Source: the human T2T-CHM13v2.0 reference genome, Homo sapiens. Taken from it: a stretch of DNA of 64,000 nucleotides. Below, piece by piece: positions 24,327 through 39,690 of the stretch. The position numbers and the translations under genes are program-made. The DNA lies in NCBI RefSeq assembly GCF_009914755.1, contig NC_060943.1; one strand, given 5' to 3'. The notes under the pieces were generated by a model, which saw only the letters and a program-made list of their open reading frames with translations, did not search any database and was not told where the DNA came from. Every line of letters begins with the position of its first letter. Position 1 is the first letter of the stretch.

Positions 24327-25619
24327 TCAACACACACAAAAAAAGTGTATATGCTCCACGATGCCTGTGAATATACAAACACACCACATCATATACCAAG
24401 CCTGGCTGTGTCTTCTCACAAATGCACTGCTAGGCACCACCCCCAGTTCTAGAATCACACCAGCCAGTTCACCCTCCAGATGGTTCACCCTCAACTTCAT
24501 AAAAGTTCCCTACCTAATCTACTGACAGGCTCATCCCCGACCTAATTTTAAAGATTTCCTAGGAGCTGCAATGGGAATCCTGGACCTCAGCCTGGACAAA
24601 GAACAGCTGCAGGTCATTCTCATGTGTGGACACGGAAGCTCTGCCTGCCTTTGCTGGCCAGCTGGGCTGAGCGGGCCTGGGAAATTAAGGCTGCAGGGTT
24701 GGTCCCAGGCAGTCTTGCTGAAGCTTGCCACATCCCCCAGCCTCCTGGATTTGCCAGGATCCAAGAGCATGGACTTTAGGAATTCCTGGTGGAGGAGTGA
24801 AGAAAATGTGACAGGGTGTCCTAAGCCCCGATCTACAGGAAGAAAACTGGAAATAAGACTGAGGACTTAGTTTAAGATGTTCCTACTCAGCCGCTAGCTT
24901 TTGTGCTACAGTTCTGGGAACAGACTCCTCTCTCCTGAAAACCACTTCCCTCCGCAGCATTAAATTTCACCAAGATGTCTTGCTTGTGGGAAAGACTTCC
25001 AAGGATGCCTGGAGAGAGGAGGATGGAAATGTCCTGCTCTCTAAACAGATAGACAGATGCAGCCAGACAGAAAATAGTTTATCTTGCTGAGGTTTCTAAT
25101 GTATTTGAAAGAGGCCTGGGTCTAGAAGTCTACCCAGAGGGCTCTGTGTTGTGCACGCAAAGATAAGAACCTTCCCTGTGGGAGTTCCAGAGCCAGTTTT
25201 CATAAACACCCATCGGTGACTGTGTTCAGAGTGAGTTCACACCATCCTGACCTGCCCTGAGTTAGACCTTACATGGTCTTCCTCCTCTAGGAAGCCTCTG
25301 CAGGCCAGGAACCTCCCCTTATCTGAAATGAACAGCATTTGAAGCTTCACCAGACAGACCAGACAGCTTAGCCCTCGTGTTGTGCTATGTGGGTTGTTCT
25401 CTGAGAGGCAGGAGAGCATAGTGGTTACTAGGAAGGGAAGGACTTTGGGACTAGACTGCCTCGGCTGGAGTCCTCTTTCTGCTTCATAGCCACGTGATCC
25501 TAGGCATGTTACCTGTGCCTCAGTTTTCACTCTGTCAATATGTAATAACTGCATCTATCTTTGTGGTGAGGATTCAGTGAGTTAACATATTTGAAGTGCT
25601 TAAAAATGAGGCTTGTGTC

Positions 25620-26030
25620 CACAGATTAATGAGTGAATACACAAATGGTGATATGGACATACAGTGGAGTATTAGTCATAAAAAGGAAGGCAGAGCTGAT
25701 CCATGGCACCATGTGACAGAACCTCAAAAGCATTAGGTTAAGTGGAAGAAGCCAGACACAGGTCACCTATTGTGTAATTCCATTTATAGGAAATATACAG
25801 AATATGTAAATCCGTGGAGAAAGAAAGCCGATTTCCAGGGGCTAAGGGGAGGGGAGAATGGGAAGTGGCTGCTTCATGGGTACAAGGTTTCATTTTGAGC
25901 TGATGAAAATGTTTTGGAACTACATAGAGATAGTGTTGGCACAACATGGTGAATGTACTGAATGCCACTGATTGTTCACTTTAAAATGGTCAAACTTATG
26001 TGAATTTCACCTCCATTAAAAAAAAAAAAA
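25620..26030 (+). mobile_element. L1MB 3' fragment
   Basis: AATGGTGATATGGACATACAGTGGAGTATT...GAAGCCAGACAC...GTACTGAATGCCACTGATTGTTCACTTTAAAATGG followed by an A tail. Confidence 0.75.
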
Positions 26031-26089
26031 AAAGGACCAGATGTGGTTGCTCACACCCATAATCCCAACACTTTGGAAAAAGGTGAAAG

Positions 26090-26610
26090 ATTTTTTTTTT
26101 CTTTTTTTTTATATACTTAAGTTCTAGGGTACATGTGCATAATGTGCAGGTTGGATACATAGATATGCGTGTGCCATGTTGGTTTGCTGCACCCATCAAC
26201 TTGTCATTTACATTAGGTATTTCTTCTAATGCTATCCCTCCCCCAGCCCCCCACCCACTGACAGGCCCCAGTGTATGATGTTCTCTGCCCCACGTCCAAG
26301 CGTTCTCATTGTTCAATTCCCACCTGTGAGTGAGAACATGCAGTGTTTGGTTTTCTGTCTTTGTGATAGTTTGCTCAGAATGATGGTTTCCAGCTTCATC
26401 CATGTCCCTGCAAAGGACATGAACTCATCCTTTTTAATGGCTGCATAGTATCCCATGGTATATATGTGCCACATTCTCTTAATCCAGTCTGTCATTGATG
26501 GACATTTGGGTTGGTTCAAAGTCTTTGCTATTGTGAATACTGCCACAATAAACATACATGTGCATGTGTCTTTATAGTAGCACGATTTATAATCCTTTTG
26601 GTATATACCC
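26090..26610 (-). mobile_element. Primate L1PA 3' end, 5'-truncated
   Basis: Poly(T) followed by the antisense L1 3'UTR. Minus ORF gives the ORF2 C-terminus MFIVAVFTIAK..WMKLETIILSKLSQ. Confidence 0.95.
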
Positions 26611-27179
26611 TAAGACCCGGGACGCATTTAAAGCAGTGTGTAAAGAGACATTTATAGCACTAAATGCCCACAAGAGACCTCTGCCTGAGAACGTGGGTTT
26701 CAGCCTAAGAGTTGTAATATGTGTGCCCATTCACAGGTGCTGCATCAGAGTCCCAGGTGGGAAGAAGGCAAGCATACACAAAAATGGTAAAAGGCAGAAA
26801 GGAGCCCAGTCTCGTTCTTTTTAAGAAGTTTTCCTAAGAATCTCCACCCAGCGACTTGCTCTCACATCTTCTTGGCCAGCACTGGACCACACAACTCCTT
26901 CTAGATACAGAGGAGTCCTAGGATTCTATGAGAAAGAAGGGGAGGGTGGGCAAAGGGCAGCCAGCTGTGCAGCATCTGCTGGAGACACCTAACCCTTGGT
27001 GGAGGGGTTGTGGTGCTGGGAGAAGGCTTTCTGGACGGTGTGACAGCAGAGATAAACTTAAAGGCCAAGTAGGAGTTACCCTGGTGAAGCAGGGCAGGGT
27101 TACAAGCATTCCAGCAACATGAAGCAGCAGGAGTGTTTTAATTAAAAGAAGGCAGTTGCTGTAACCAACTATAAACAAA

Positions 27180-28650
<1,471 letters not shown>

Positions 28651-31600
28651 GGAGCTGGGCACAGGGCAGCAGGACTAATCCTTGGAACAGCTCAGGGAGG
28701 ATTATCCCAGCCACTGTCAGCAGCGGTGCAGCTGGCTCATTCCCATATAGGGGGAGGCCAGAGCCAGGGGCCTGCCACAAGTTGGAAGGCTGGGGAAGGG
28801 GAGGCCAGCAGAGGTGTCCTGGCTGTGGGTGGCTCTGAGGGGGCTCTCAGGGGTGGGGCTAAATCTCAGGGGCAGGATTATGTAAATCAAACCAATTCTA
28901 GCCACAGATTTAAAGTTTGGAAAAAAAAAAAACCCAGCCTGGCGGAAAGAATTTAAATTATAAAAACTTAGAAGTATGGAATGTGAAATCATCCTGTAGG
29001 TGCTTATTTAACAACGAAATCATCCCGACACAATGAGCCATATGTGAAAAGTCATCCTTCCCCAACACATGCCCCAACAGGCACTCCTCAAGCCTTTCCC
29101 ACCCAAGTGCTGGCATCCTCCCTGTCCTGCTTCACCTGAGACACCCCTTGTCTCATTAGACATGCAACTACGGGAGGGGTGACAGGAAGACAAGACACTA
29201 TTTCCTCAGGCCCAGTTTGGTGTGGGGAGAAAGCCTCCTGATCCTGAAAGCAAGAATTTGACCAGAGCAGAAGTAATCAGTATGCAGATTGACTCTGTGG
29301 TATGTTAATGTTTATGCGTAGATTATGAGGACCAGGTGAAAAGTGGGCCAGGGGAGCCAGATGTGTGTGTGAGTCATGGGTGGCTGAGATGAGGACAGGA
29401 GGGAAACTGGTTTGGAGGCTGCTGGCGATGGGGTGGGGGTGCCAGGAGGAAGGGAGGCAGTTGTTTGAATGTCTGCATGAAAAAGCGGACGACAGCGGGG
29501 TCTGGGTGAATTCGGGCAACCATTTGGACCGTGGAGAAAACTGCCTGCGTGCGGCTGAGGACCTGCACTATTAATTTGTTTTTTAGCTAAGGCAAAGATA
29601 AATATAAAAACTGATACTCCATCCAGTTACCAGAAAACATTTAGGTATGTGTGAGACAACTTGGGTATGTGAACCTACCTTTTCAATGTAAATTCAGTGA
29701 AATCTAAGTGCAGATCCCATATTTCCAATAAAAAGGTAACATCCAAACTCAGATGTCCTATGAGTATAAAATACACAAAGATCTTCTGGACTTAGTATGA
29801 AAAGGGATTTTTTTTTTTGTCAGGTACCTCACTAGTTATTTTTAAAATAGGATTGCATGTTGAAATGATAATCTTTTGGATATATTGGGTTAAATAAATT
29901 TATTATTAAAGTTAATTTCACTTAAAAATGTTCAATGTAGCTACTAGAAATTTTAAAATTAAGCATGTTGCTCACCTTATGTTTCTATTGGACGGCTCTC
30001 TCTAGATACAAAGGCTGCCAAGAGGGACCTCACTCTAGCTTCAGGGAGAAGAGAGGAATTAGCAAGGCCAAGCAGAGGCTCCTGAGGGCAGGGCCAAGGG
30101 CGGCTTGGTGGGGTGGGGATGGGATGCACAGAGATAACTCCAACCCTTAAGAAGGTGTTTCCTAGAGCAGGCTGTGACCTGTCAGTTTATATACTGAGGC
30201 TTAGGAGCCTCTTGGATGCCCCCAGATCTGCACCCCTGAATTGCCCTGTGCCCCTGCCGTCTTTGTTCCTGTGCTGGCATAGTGGTCTCACCTCCGGCAG
30301 TATCACCACCACTGGGCACAAGCTTCTCCAGCACAGCAACTGTGTCTTATTTCTCCTTGTATTCCCAGTGTTCACACCATGCTGCACTCACAGAAGACTC
30401 TTCGTTGATATTTTGTGGACAGAGAGAATGCCTGTGAGAGTGGGCTGAAGTGTGCGTTGGGCTCCAGAGACCTTAAGGAGGGGAGACCAGGTCCTGAGTA
30501 AAGTTGAAGGGGAGGGGCTGAGTCCTGCTAGCCAGGAGTCTCATCCCCTGGGGAAGTTCCAGGGACCCCTCAGAAGTGCAAGGGGACGGTGTTAGTGTTA
30601 GTCCAGTAACACAGCCCAGAGCCTGCCTTCCACGTGGGTTTGACAGGAGCCTCCTAACTGCTCTTCTGCTTCCATTTTTGCCCCTTCAGTCTATTCTCAA
30701 CAGGGAAGCCAGAGGCATCCTTAACCATGTCAGATCATGTGGCTCCTCAGCTCAAAGCCTCATCTCAGAGGAAAGCTCTGGTCCCTTAGAAATGGCCCAG
30801 GTGGTGACAGACAGACTCTAAGGTGAGCAGACTGTTGCTAGATATCTGGGCTCGGAGGACTCGCCACTGCTCAAAGGCAGTGAGGATTTTCGCACTAGAA
30901 GCTGGAGGACAGGGATCCTTGTTAGGTAGGAGCAGAAAGCTTAGAAAAGTGGTCTCCTGCAGTTACGTGGCAAACACATCATGTAAGTGATAAATTGGGT
31001 ATGCAGTTGAGGAGATTTCCAAGTAAAATGTTGAGGATGCTGCCTGGTTTCTTCTTACTGCTTATAATATAGTGTGAGAGAAGAGAGATAAATTGAGAAA
31101 GAGACTGGTTTTTAAACTGTTAAAATTGAATCAGGACTTGATGATTTTGAAAATTGTCAGTCTCCCCACATGGAAAAAGATGCTGAAATTAACAAATGGC
31201 TTCTGAGCATGTGGCATAGGGTGTAACTGTACAGTCTTTTGTGATTATGCATAAAGATCAAAGGATGGGAGTAGCAATGAGTCACACAGAGGTCTGTTGC
31301 AAGAGATTATAAGGGTGTACCATGCAGAACCTCTCCACCAAACCTTAGGGCCCTTGGGAAGCTTCAGTGAGTTACCCTGGGGGCCATCTTGGCAGGAGCT
31401 GAAGGTAGAAAGGTAGAGTTTATCTCTAAAAGATTCATGGGTATGGCTCTTGACAAATCGACTATGAGCCCCACTGAAACCCACAGAGGACAGGCAAAGG
31501 GTTTGGGAAAGCTGTTTCACCCACAGTGCTGGCAGATTGGTCTGTAGGGGACAGAGTGCAAAATGAAAGAAGACTGTCAGAGCCCCCAAACTCTGCTGTC

Positions 31601-32191
31601 AAGAAGAAGGCTGATAAAACTACTTGGCTGCAAACACGTGGATCTTTCGTGAGAAAAGAAGGATGACCCAGAGGCAGAAGCCCAGAAGGCAGAGCCAAGA
31701 GACATGGAATCTTCCCACATCTTAAAACCTGTTTAGGGAACACCAGCATCTGTCCAGCTGGATTTCAGAACCACCATTCCTTCATCCCTCCTCTGCTGCC
31801 TCTTTCTGAACAGCAATGTCTCAAGCTTCACCCACCATTGTGTGTTGCATATGTAGGGGGCAGATAGCTTGTATCTTTAGTTTTCCAGATCAGAGGAACA
31901 TCCAAAGAAATCTGTTCTACACCTAAACCCGATTTAGATGAGATTCGGGACTGTGAGCATGAAGGGATCTCAAGAGGGGTGAATGTGTTTTGCATGCCCA
32001 AGGGACATGAGTCTTGGGGACAGAGGACAGGCTGTGGTGGCAGATACTAAGGTGACCCCCACAACCCCCACCTCTGCCATTCACACCCTTGAATAATCCC
32101 CTTCTCTGGTTGTAAGCAGAACCTGTGGCTTGCTTATGAAGGAGGCGGTATATATGTGATTCATGTACTAACCATATTGTATAAGATCACT

Positions 32192-32494
<303 letters not shown>

Positions 32495-33207
32495 TTAAGA
32501 TCATAACCTGTCTTTCTGGGGACTCTCTCTTGACGCCTTTGAAGAAGCAGGCTGCCATGTTGCAAGCTGCCTCATGGAGGGGATCAGCTGCGAGGAGCTA
32601 AGAGCCCCCTCCAGTCGATGCTCACCAGGAAGCTGAGGTCTTGTGTCCAGCACCCTGCATGGAACTGAATGCTGCCATGTGAGCTTGGAAGCAGAGCCAT
32701 CCACACAGCTGAGCCCTAGATGAGAACGCAGTGCTGGCTGACACCCTGATGGCACCTTACAGAGGACCAGTTAGGCTGTGCCAACTCCTGACCTGCAGAA
32801 GCTGGGGAACATTGGGTCGTATTTGCAGATGCTGGATTTGTGGGAATTTGTCACACAGCAATTGGGAGTCACACAGCCTGTGACGCCCCAACAATCCACA
32901 CCTCCTGCATCTCCCTGCCTTCACTTCCTAGCACACTGCCCTGACTCCCTCTGCCGCAGCCACGCTGGCCCTCTGCTGTTCTTCGAAGCCACCAGGGCTG
33001 CATTGGCTCCCAGCCTTTGCTCTCACTGCTTTCTCCTCCTAGAGAGCCCTTCCTGCATGTATATGTTTGACTCACTCCCTTGCCTCCTTCAGACTTGTAC
33101 TTAAAAATCTCAGTAAGCATTTCCCTGGCTACCCTTTTAAAAATTGCAACCCACTTCCATCCCCATCCCCAACATGCCATATTTCCTTTCTTCTTCTTCC
33201 TTCTTCC

Positions 33208-33305
33208 TTTTTTTTTTTTTTTTTTTTTTTGACACAGGTTCTCTGTCACCCAGCCTGGAGTGCAGTGACATGATCTCGGCTCACTGCAACCTCTGCCTCC
33301 CCAGG
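33208..33305 (-). mobile_element. Truncated Alu right-arm fragment
   Basis: Poly(T), then GACACAGG..CAGCCTGGAGTGCAGTG..CACTGCAACCTCTGCCTCC, ending abruptly. Confidence 0.9.
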
Positions 33306-35849
33306 CAAGAAAAGGGGAGGATGCCAATAAAGGATGCATTGATTTGTATTTACTACAGTGGACATCAAGGGCACATTCTTGCTGTGGCCATCAAGAGACT
33401 GTATAAATTCTATGACTTGTAGTTGTCCCACTTAAGAAACAAAGAAGCTGTGCATTTCTTTACTGAATCTAGAGCTGCTCTAGGGCATTTTCTCTACAGC
33501 AATTCTAGGTTTCCCCACCTTGTGAGTTTAGCTTTTTCTATATTCAAAGAAAAGTCCTCAGCCAGAGATTCTCAGGAGCTTATAGAACAATCCAAACTCT
33601 TGGGAATATTAAGTGGAGAGGGGTATGTGCAAGACACCAACAGCACTAGAAACAGTCCACATCTTTCCATGCGTGGAGGAGTTTATGCTCTATGTGAGTT
33701 CACTCCATCATTAATTCTTCAAACACAAGAGTGTTAAAGGAACAAGAGTTAATGGGTCCTGTCATTACACTTGTTCCCAGGATGACATTCATCATCTTCC
33801 TCTTCTACAACCTGTTCTATATTCCCCTTATGTTTATCCAGTGCTTCTGCTAGTCTAGTTCACTTCCAAAGACCCATGATTACCATGGCCCTGTCAGGCT
33901 GTAATTGCTGCAATTTCCAATTTACAATTGTCATCATCTATGGTTGATAAAGGTATAGCAGTATTTCTATTTCCTCATGATAATGAAGGTCAATTACAAC
34001 TGCCAGTATAATAACTTATTTCTTTGTCTGCCAACCTACATACACAAGGAAGCCAAAATGACAGGGAGCTACTAAAACTTTATGCTTATTGGAATGCTTA
34101 CTATGTACCCAGAAGAAGCATTCTCCCTACTCCAGCAGAGCTTAATGCTGTAGGTCCAGGAAGCTCAAATTCTCCAAGGGAGTTTTAGTGAGAGGAGCCA
34201 CTCTCACCCTCTGCCCTTGGTTTACAAACCTGTATATTCTAGGACCCAATATCTTACAATGTCCATTGGTTCAAAGTATAACATGTTAAAGCACAGAGCC
34301 CCAACTCTGAAAAGTACCATCCCTAAATTGGCACTTAGTTGCACCTTTATATCCACCTTTAAAAGAAATATCTTTTAATGTTCTATCAGACTGATAGATT
34401 CTGTTTAATATAGTGTATTATAGCACCAGTGGATCATTTGGTTGTATGCATATTATTGTACCTTCTCTGCTACAAAATATATTCCTTTGTCCTAAGGTGT
34501 GTTACAAAGAACATTAGGCATTCTATGCATCTTTGGATAGTTTAATGGCCAAGGCATTGATGGCAGGAGAGTCAAAGCCACAGGTGGAAAACACATTTAT
34601 CCCAGTAAGAACAAATTGCTATTCTTCCACTGTAGAGAGGGTAAACAATGTGCCATTACGTTGCCAATTGAATGCCTCAATCATGTCAAGGGCTGAACAT
34701 CTATGACTGTTTCTGAAAGGTCAAACATTCAACAGAGGCTGTAGCTAGAACTGCCTTAATGATAAGAGATCATGATGAATTACCCATGCAAAACCTTAAT
34801 ACTTGACACTTATCACTACTTTATTCAAGAGCCTATTGTGCAAGCATAAGTGGCTGAGTCAGGTTCTCAACTCTGCTCATTAATACTATGCTTGGAGTAT
34901 ACAGTAAGATAAGAAACATAAATAAGAAGTGTACATTTGTTTCTTCCTGTTTTCTTCTGGCTATTGGATCAATTACATCCCATCTTAAGCTGACCCCTGT
35001 GTAATTAATCAATATCCGTTTTAAGCAGCAATCCATAGTTGTGCAGAAATTAGAAAACTGACCCACACAGAAAAACTAATTGTGAGAACCAATATTACAC
35101 TAAATTCATTTGACAATTCTCAGCAAAGTGCTGGGTTGATCTCTATTTATGCTTTTCTTAAACACACAAAATACAAAAGTTAACCCATATGGAATGCAAT
35201 GGAGGAAATCAATGACATATCAGATCTAGAAACTAATCAATTAGCAATCAGGAAGGAGTTGCGGTAGGAAGTCTGTGCTGTTGAATGTACACTAATCAAT
35301 GATTCCTTAAATTATTCACAATAAAAAAAAAAGATTAGAATAGTTTTTTTTAAAAAAAGCCCAGAAACTAATCTAAGTTTTGTCTGGTAATAAAGGCATA
35401 TTTTCAAAAGAGAGGTAAATAGATCCACATACTGTGGAGGGAATAAAATACTTTTTGAAAAACAAACAACAAGTTGGATTTTTAGACACATAGAAATTGA
35501 ATATGTACATTTATAAATATTTTTGGATTGAACTATTTCAAAATTATACCATAAAATAACTTGTAAAAATGTAGGCAAAATGTATATAATTATGGCATGA
35601 GGTATGCAACTTTAAGCAAGGAAGCAAAAGCAGAAACCATGAAAAAAGTCTAAATTTTACCATATTGAATTTAAATTTTCAAAAACAAAAATAAAGACAA
35701 AGTGGGAAAAATATGTATGCTTCATGTGTGACAAGCCACTGATACCTATTAAATATGAAGAATATTATAAATCATATTAATAACCACAACATTCAAGCTG
35801 TCAGTTTGAATAGACAATGTAAATGACAAAACTACATACTCAACAAGAT

Positions 35850-37416
35850 AACAGCAAACCAGCTTCGACAGCACGTTAAAGGGGTCATACAACATAATCG
35901 AGTAGAATTTATCTCTGAGATGCAAGAATGGTTCAAAATATGGAAATCAATAAATGTGATATGCCACACTAACAGAATAAAAAATAAAAATCATATTATC
36001 ATCTCAATAGATGCAGAAAAAGCATTAACAAAAGTAAACATTCTTTCATAATAAGACATCAGATAAAACAAATTAGGAATAGAAGGAATGTACCGCAACA
36101 CAATAAAGGCCATATATAACAAGCCCACAGCTAACATCATAATAGTAAAATCATCACAATGGTAAAAAAAATGAAAGCTTTTCCTCTAAGGTCAGAAATA
36201 ATATAAAGGTTCCCACTCTTGCTATTTCTATTCCATATAGTACTAAAAGTCCTAGCCAGGACAATTAGACAAAATAAAAATAAAAACACCCAAATTGGAA
36301 AGATAGAAGCAAACTTTTCTGTTTACAGATAACATAATCTTATATGTAGAAACCCCTTAAAACTTCAGCAAAAAAAAAAAAAAAAAAAACTACAGAGCTA
36401 GTAAATTCAGTGAAGTTGCAGAATACAAAATCAACATACAAAAATCAGTAGTGTCTCTATACACTAATAAGGACTTAACAGAGAAAGAAGTTAAGAAAAC
36501 AATACCACTAACAATAGAATCCAAAAAATAAAATACTTAGGAATAAATTTTACCAAACATCTGTACACTAAAAACTATAAAACATTGAAAAAAGAAGTTG
36601 AATAAGACACATATAAATAGAAAGCTATCTCATGTTAATAGATTAGAAAAAGTAATATTGTTAAGATGTCCTCACTACTTAAAGCAATTTATAGATCTAA
36701 TGCATTTATTGCAATCTCTTCAAAATCCCAAAGGTATTTTTGACAGAAATAAAAAAAAAAATTCTAAAATATGCATGAAACCACAAAAGACTGTGAATAG
36801 CTAAAGCAATCTTGAGCAAGATGAACAACACTGGAAGCATCACACTACCTTATTTCAAAATCTACTACAAAGCTATAGTGATCAAAGCAACATGATACTG
36901 TCATAAAAACACATAGATAAACCTATGGAATGGAATAAAGAGCACAGAAATAAGTCCACACATTTACATTCAATTGATTTTCAACAACAATGTCAAGAAG
37001 ACAATGGGGAAAAGACAATCTCTTCAATAAATGATGCTGGAAAAACTATATATCCACATGCAGAAGAATGCAGTTGAATCCTGATTTCATACCATATGCA
37101 AAATTCAACTGGAAATGGATTAAATACAAATTTAAAACATGAAATGGTATAACTATTAGAACAAAACATAGAAAATATTCTTCCTGACATTGGTTTGGGC
37201 CATCATTTTTCTGATATGACTCTAAAAGCACAGGCAAAAAAAGAAAAAATAGACAGATGAGACTATGTCAAATTAAAAAATTTCTAACAACAAAAGAAAC
37301 GATCAATAGAGTGAAAAAGATAACCTCTTGAATGGGAGAAATATTTGCAAACTACTCATCCAACTGGGGATTGATATCCAGAATATACAAGTAACACAAA
37401 TATGTCAAAAGTAAAA

Positions 37417-37463
<47 letters not shown>

Positions 37464-38345
37464 AATAAATTATTTAAAAATCGGCAGAGGACAGGAATAG
37501 ACATTTCTCAGGAGACAACATACAAAGGGCCACAGATACATCAAAAAATGCTCAACATCACTATTTGTCAGGGAAGTACTAATTAAAACCAAAATGAGAT
37601 GTCCCCTCAAACCTGTTAGAATGGCTCTTATCAAAAAGATGAAAGATAGCAACTATCAGAGAGGATGATAGAAAAGGGAACCCTTGTATCATGTACAAAT
37701 TAAAAATAGAACTATCACATGATCCAAGAATCCTACTTCTGGGTATATAGCCAAAGGAATTGAAATCAATATGTCAAAGGGATATCTGCACTCCTATGTT
37801 ATTGCAGCATGTTCACAATGGCCAAGATATAGAATCAACCTAACTGTTCATAGACAGATGAATGGATAAATGAAATGTGATATGGAAAATTATTCAGCCT
37901 TAAAAACAGTAGGAAATTCTGTCATTTGAGACAACGTGGATGAACCTAGAGGACATTAAGCTAAGTGAAATAAGCTAGACACAGAAAGACAAATATTGCA
38001 TGATCTCACTTAGAATCTAAAAAATCTGAACTCATAGAAGCAGAGAATAGTATGATGGTTACTAGGGTTATCTGGCAGGGAGAGGATGAGGAAATGGGAC
38101 ATTGTTAATAAAAGGAAAAAAAATTCAATTAGTAGGATTACATTCAGGGGACCCAATATACGACATGTTGACTGTAATTAATAATGTATTGTATGCTTGA
38201 AAATTGCTAATACAGTATATTATAAATGTTAATATGAGGTAATATATGTGTTAATTAACTTGATTTATTCATTCAACAACATACACATATATTAAAACAT
38301 CACACTGTATTCCACAAATATATATAATTTTTGTCAATTAAAAAA
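35850..38345 (+). mobile_element. Old L1 (L1MA-like) ORF2 3' half and 3'UTR, with (AAAT)n at about 37414-37470
   Basis: Degenerate RT motifs (MQ.WF...[17 protein letters not shown]) and L1 3' sequence, with many stops. Confidence 0.88.
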
Positions 38346-38999
38346 TAATTTTTAAAAATGAGAAACAAAAAAGCTGACATTTTCAGATTAAAAAAATTAT
38401 ACAGAAGAATTAATTCATTAAAGTAAAAACAAATGTGGGAAAATGGTTTTTAAATATAATTTAAACCAAATTTAAAATAAGCATAAAAAGACTATGGACA
38501 AAACAAGAAATCCAAATAAAAAATAAACATATGAAGAATATTCAAACTCACTTTTTATCAAAGAAATGTAAATTTTAAAATATAGCATTGCTATTGTGTT
38601 TTCATAAATAATAATATATCATGGATGAGCCTGTGAGGAAACAGACACTCATACTCTGCAAAGCAATGACTAAGATAATTATGTCAGATGATGAATTACG
38701 TTAATTAGCTTGATGGTGGTCACTGTTTCACGATAAATATACATATGTATCAAAACATCACATTACACACCATAAAGATATATAACTTGTTATCAAAAAG
38801 AAATATAGCAGTTAAAATTTAAAATTTTTAAAAAACGTCTTTTTGAGGTTCGTACCTCACTTAAGTCACACTGTTCAAAATATTCATGCACTCATTTCTC
38901 TCATTCATGTGTTAATGTACAGGGTACGGGCCACTATAAATTCCTTCAGCAACTGGAAAGGAAACTTTATGTACTGAGTGCTCAGAGTTGTATTAACTG

Positions 39000-39092
39000 T
39001 TTTTTTTTTTTTTTGAGCAGCAGCAAGATTTATTGTGAAGAGTGAAAGAACAAAGCTTCCACAGTGTGGAAGGGGACCCGAGCGGTTTGCCC
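39000..39092 (-). mobile_element. Polyadenylated LTR12/ERV9 R-region fragment with 13-bp target-site duplication
   Basis: Minus strand GGGTCCCCTTCCACACTGTGGAAGCTTTGTTCTTTCACTCTTCACAATAAATCTTGCTGCTGCTC(A)15; AGTTGTATTAACT at 38986-38998 and 39093-39105. Confidence 0.85.
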
Positions 39093-39486
39093 AGTTGTAT
39101 TAACTTCTAATTCAACACTTTAAGATTCTTAGCATTATTGCAGACAACATCAGCTTCACAAGTGTGTGTCCTGTGCAGTTGAACAAGATCCCACACTTAA
39201 AAGGATCCTACACTTTTTTTAATGCTCTGCTGTTTCTGCCTTGAAATTCTTAACAATTTTTTTAACCGAAGTCCTCACAAATTCAGTTTACATTAGCCCT
39301 GCAATCATGTAGACATCCTGATTCCAGACAATGTGTCTGGAGGCAGGGTTTACAGGACTTCAAGAACCTTACCTTCTCAACTTTCATCTGCATCTTTACT
39401 CCCAACTATATATGAAGATGATGAAGATAGATATGGATGGTGCTTCTACCATACCCTCTTCCTCTGCCAAACTTCCTTGATCTAGG

Positions 39487-39690
39487 ATAAGGTCAGTAAA
39501 CTTCTTCCGTAAAAGGCCAAAAGTAAATATTATAGGCTCTACAGGCCCTAGAGTGTCTGTCATAACTACTCAACTCTTATTGTAGCATAAAAACTGTCAA
39601 CAGACAATACAGAAACAAATGAGTGTGACTGGGTTCCAGTGAAACTTTATTTACAAAAGATTTGTCCCATGAGTCAAATTTACCACCTCC
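39487..39690 (+). mobile_element. MER58-like DNA transposon MITE
   Basis: GGTCAGTAAACTT..GTAAAAGGCCA..AGTAAATATT.TAGGCT...AACTACTCAACTC...AAACTTTATTTACAAAA. Confidence 0.7.
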
